Source: Penicillus capitatus
Lineage: Eukaryota > Plantae > Chlorophyta
Direction of reading: 5' to 3'
DNA length: 64,000 bases
NCBI GenBank assembly: GCA_965649825.1
Contig: OZ287696.1
Span: 725,101-789,100, forward strand
Part shown: positions 61,533 through 64,000 of the stretch, piece by piece
Layout of the letters: the number at the start of each line of letters is the position of its first letter
Position numbering within the stretch: the first letter of the stretch is position 1
Notes under the pieces: generated by a model
Seen by the model: the letters and a program-made list of their open reading frames with translations, nothing else
Database searches by the model: none
What the model was told of the DNA's origin: nothing
Translations under genes and position numbers: made by a program

Positions 61533-62323
61533 ATGGAACGGAAGTCCGAGAAGAAAGAAATTCCTCCCGATATTTCCCCGGTATGACATCGTTATTATCC
61601 CATGGTCGATACTGCGTGCGTTCGTTCGTTCATTTGCGCACGAACCTTCAGGTTGAAGGAGGCGACGACGAAGCGGGTGATGATGACTGGGTGGATGTCG
61701 AATCCTTGCAGTCTGTTGATTCTGTTGGCGAGGCTGCGGAGATGACGGCGATGCCAAGACGCGAAGACGATGATGATTCCGTGTCAAGTGAGTCGGATGG
61801 CGAAGCGGCCGATGCATTTATCCGACAGAACAGAAGCACCTCACCAAAACAGCTAGCCACGTCCGTTCATGCACCGACGGATGGCACTTCGTCACCACGT
61901 GACGTACGATTCTTTCTCTTCGAAGACAGACGATGAGAAACGTGACGGACGACGAATTGTGTGTAGAAATGTCCAAGGTGGTGGCGTGCATTGAAACGCA
62001 TGTATGAGAAGGCGATGACCAGTGCTGCCCGTATTGTACAGCCCATGCGATGGTCACTGTTGAAATGGCTGATTCCAAAGACAACAACAGAGCAACACCC
62101 CGTCAAAGGACATACAGTATGTATGCATTGTTCTCGCTGAGTGAGACAGGGTCATTCAATGCAGTTGGGAGAATCCATGGTGTCTTTTGATTGGTGGAGT
62201 CTGGTGGTACATGGAAGCATGGTTGCGAGTCTGATGGCATGCACTGGCGTCATGATGCAAACAATAGAGCACGGAGCAAAGGAATCGGTCGCCGTGAGAA
62301 GGTTCCCTCTCATCCAAAGATGA
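61533..62323 (+). CDS. Hypothetical acidic protein (3' exons uncertain)
   Basis: MERKSEKKEIPPDISP|VEGGDDEAGDDDWVDVES joined by a GT-AG intron; divergent from UTP11. Confidence 0.45.
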
Positions 62324-62727
62324 CCATCCATGTCCGTTCTTTCTGTTGAGCAGGATTTTGACTTGAACTGTTTCGATGAGCTGATTGTCAACGACCAGGA
62401 CCGACCGACCGATCGACCTCAAAATGAGGCCTGAGAAATGCATGAGTCAGTTTTGCTGTGTATCTATCGAAGCATCATGAGCATCGCCGACGGTGTGCTC
62501 CCGACAGCTGTGTTTATATCGCATCGAAACTGATCTATCTGACGATGAGCTGAAAGTGTGACGACATGATTTGTGGGGTTTCATGCGCGGGTGGGGTGTA
62601 CGATAAAGGCGAAGCACGTTTGCTGACGTTTACATACTTTACGCTGCTGTGTAACATCAAACTCTTTTCTTTGAGTGTCATAGCATATGCCCATCCGGTG
62701 TGTTCTCTTAACGCGACCGACAGGCTT

Positions 62728-64000
62728 TCAGGGGCGACCGCGTCGTGGTTGTCGTGCGATCTTTGGCTTTGAGGCTTTACCGTTTTCGATCATGCGCCCC
62801 TTGTGCCCTCCTTTCGTCCCAGCAACATCCGTTCCACGATTCAGGATGGCCATTGGATCAGTGAGCTCCTCCGTGACGACCGCACGATTCTGCACTCCGA
62901 TCTGATCGCCCCACGGAAGTGCCTTTTCGACATTATTCTGAAAACTTGTTTCCATGGACTGAATCAATGTCCTCTGTGCCTGTGTCGTATAGGCATTCGC
63001 CGCCGTCAGCGATGCCTGCAATACGAGGCCATGTTCACGACCGACGTGCAGACGATCCATCAATCTGTCCATCTTGTCACGTGTGGAATCCAAATCTCGC
63101 TTTCTCTCCGTCACCTCAGCCTTTGCTTCGATAACGGCAGCGGCCGTGATCTCTGCTTGCTGTCTCCATCGTTCCATCTCGTCCGACAGCAGCTTTGTCC
63201 GGATAATGAGCTCCTGTCGAACGCGCTCGAGCTCCAGACCAAGTACGGAGATTCTCTTCTGGTACTCCGTTTCGAGTTTGGCTGTCTCTGCACGCTCAGA
63301 CGCCCGAACGCGTTCCTCTGCCGTTTTCAGGTTCTCAGTCGCTTTCTGCGCCTCCTCTCGCGCTGCAGAAGCTTCTGCATCCAACTGATGGCGCATGTCT
63401 TCCAGTTCTTGACGTTCCTACATCGACACGTCGTCTCTTTTCGCCTTCTCAGGTTTCGATCTAAAGGGCAATACGGATTCTGTTTTGAGGATTTGTTGTT
63501 CGATCTCGGCCTCTCGGTCTTGTTGGCGACGAACGACGGCATCGAACTCTTTCCGCAATTGCAGTTCGTTCTGTAGAGATTCCTCCAGCTGCCGCTCGCA
63601 ATTCTTTCGCGCTTCCTCTTCTGTATGAAGATGACGTTCCATTCGCATCAACATATCTTCCAGTTCCTGCAAGGAGACGATGTGTGCTATACGCGCAGAG
63701 ACAAGGACGTCTACTTTTCTGGCGGCGACCTCTCGCTTGACAGCCTCTTCGAGTTCGGCAATGACGTCTTTCTGTTTCTTGAGTTGCTTTCTGTTGTCTG
63801 CCTCGCTATTGTCCACTGCCTTCGTTATTGATGATCCATTCATAGGTTTCTTCGCCGATGTCGATTGCGCTTCTGCGTGTTCCTCTGCGTCCGCAGTCAC
63901 TTCGTTGTTCCCCGGCTTGTTTTGTTTCGCGTTCGCGTTTGTCTCGACTGTCGACAGGTCTGCGCTTAATTCCGTCGGCGCATCAGGTTGTCGAGGTGGA
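62728..64000 (-). CDS. Long coiled-coil protein, 5' partial (enters from right edge)
   Basis: Two consecutive heptad-rich ORFs (63418-63900, 62728-63396) with frame still open toward 64000. Confidence 0.7.

Noticed and set aside
62803-63576. 257-aa plus-strand ORF, and similar long antisense ORFs at 1053-1751, 20214-21005 and 52138-52764
   Set aside because: These are antisense shadows of real genes on the other strand, with no recognisable motifs.

Overview
Gene-dense eukaryotic nuclear DNA (roughly 50% GC) with many very short introns, mostly 44-62 nt. The plastid-type transit peptide on aspartate-semialdehyde dehydrogenase and the plant-like homologues suggest a green alga (inference; no lower taxon can be supported). 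About 30 protein genes are recognisable: ASD, RRP4, two NACHT/NLR-like genes, a GBP2-like RRM protein, ALG10, PPME1, two ML/NPC2 genes, MTR4, a damaged FEY-like SDR, EPL1/EPC, a TOR-like HEAT protein, a RING protein, two tandem gamma-glutamyltranspeptidases, an E2F, a MYND/MSS51-like protein, a SEC23D-like protein, a BTB protein, nicalin, two tandem sulfotransferases, UTP11 and several orphans. Main oddities: (1) the PPME1 stop codon overlaps the ALG10 start codon (ATGA/TGATG), a candidate bicistron; (2) an intact TOR-like gene of about 1,200 aa stops at the start of the FAT domain and has no kinase; (3) two NACHT proteins share an unidentified helical N-terminal domain, and one appears frameshifted at a (GA)6 tract; (4) head-to-head genes have almost no spacer, and one pair shares a single CATG. 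No tRNA, rRNA or CRISPR features were seen. All exon structures were worked out by eye and homology calls are from remembered family motifs, not database searches.
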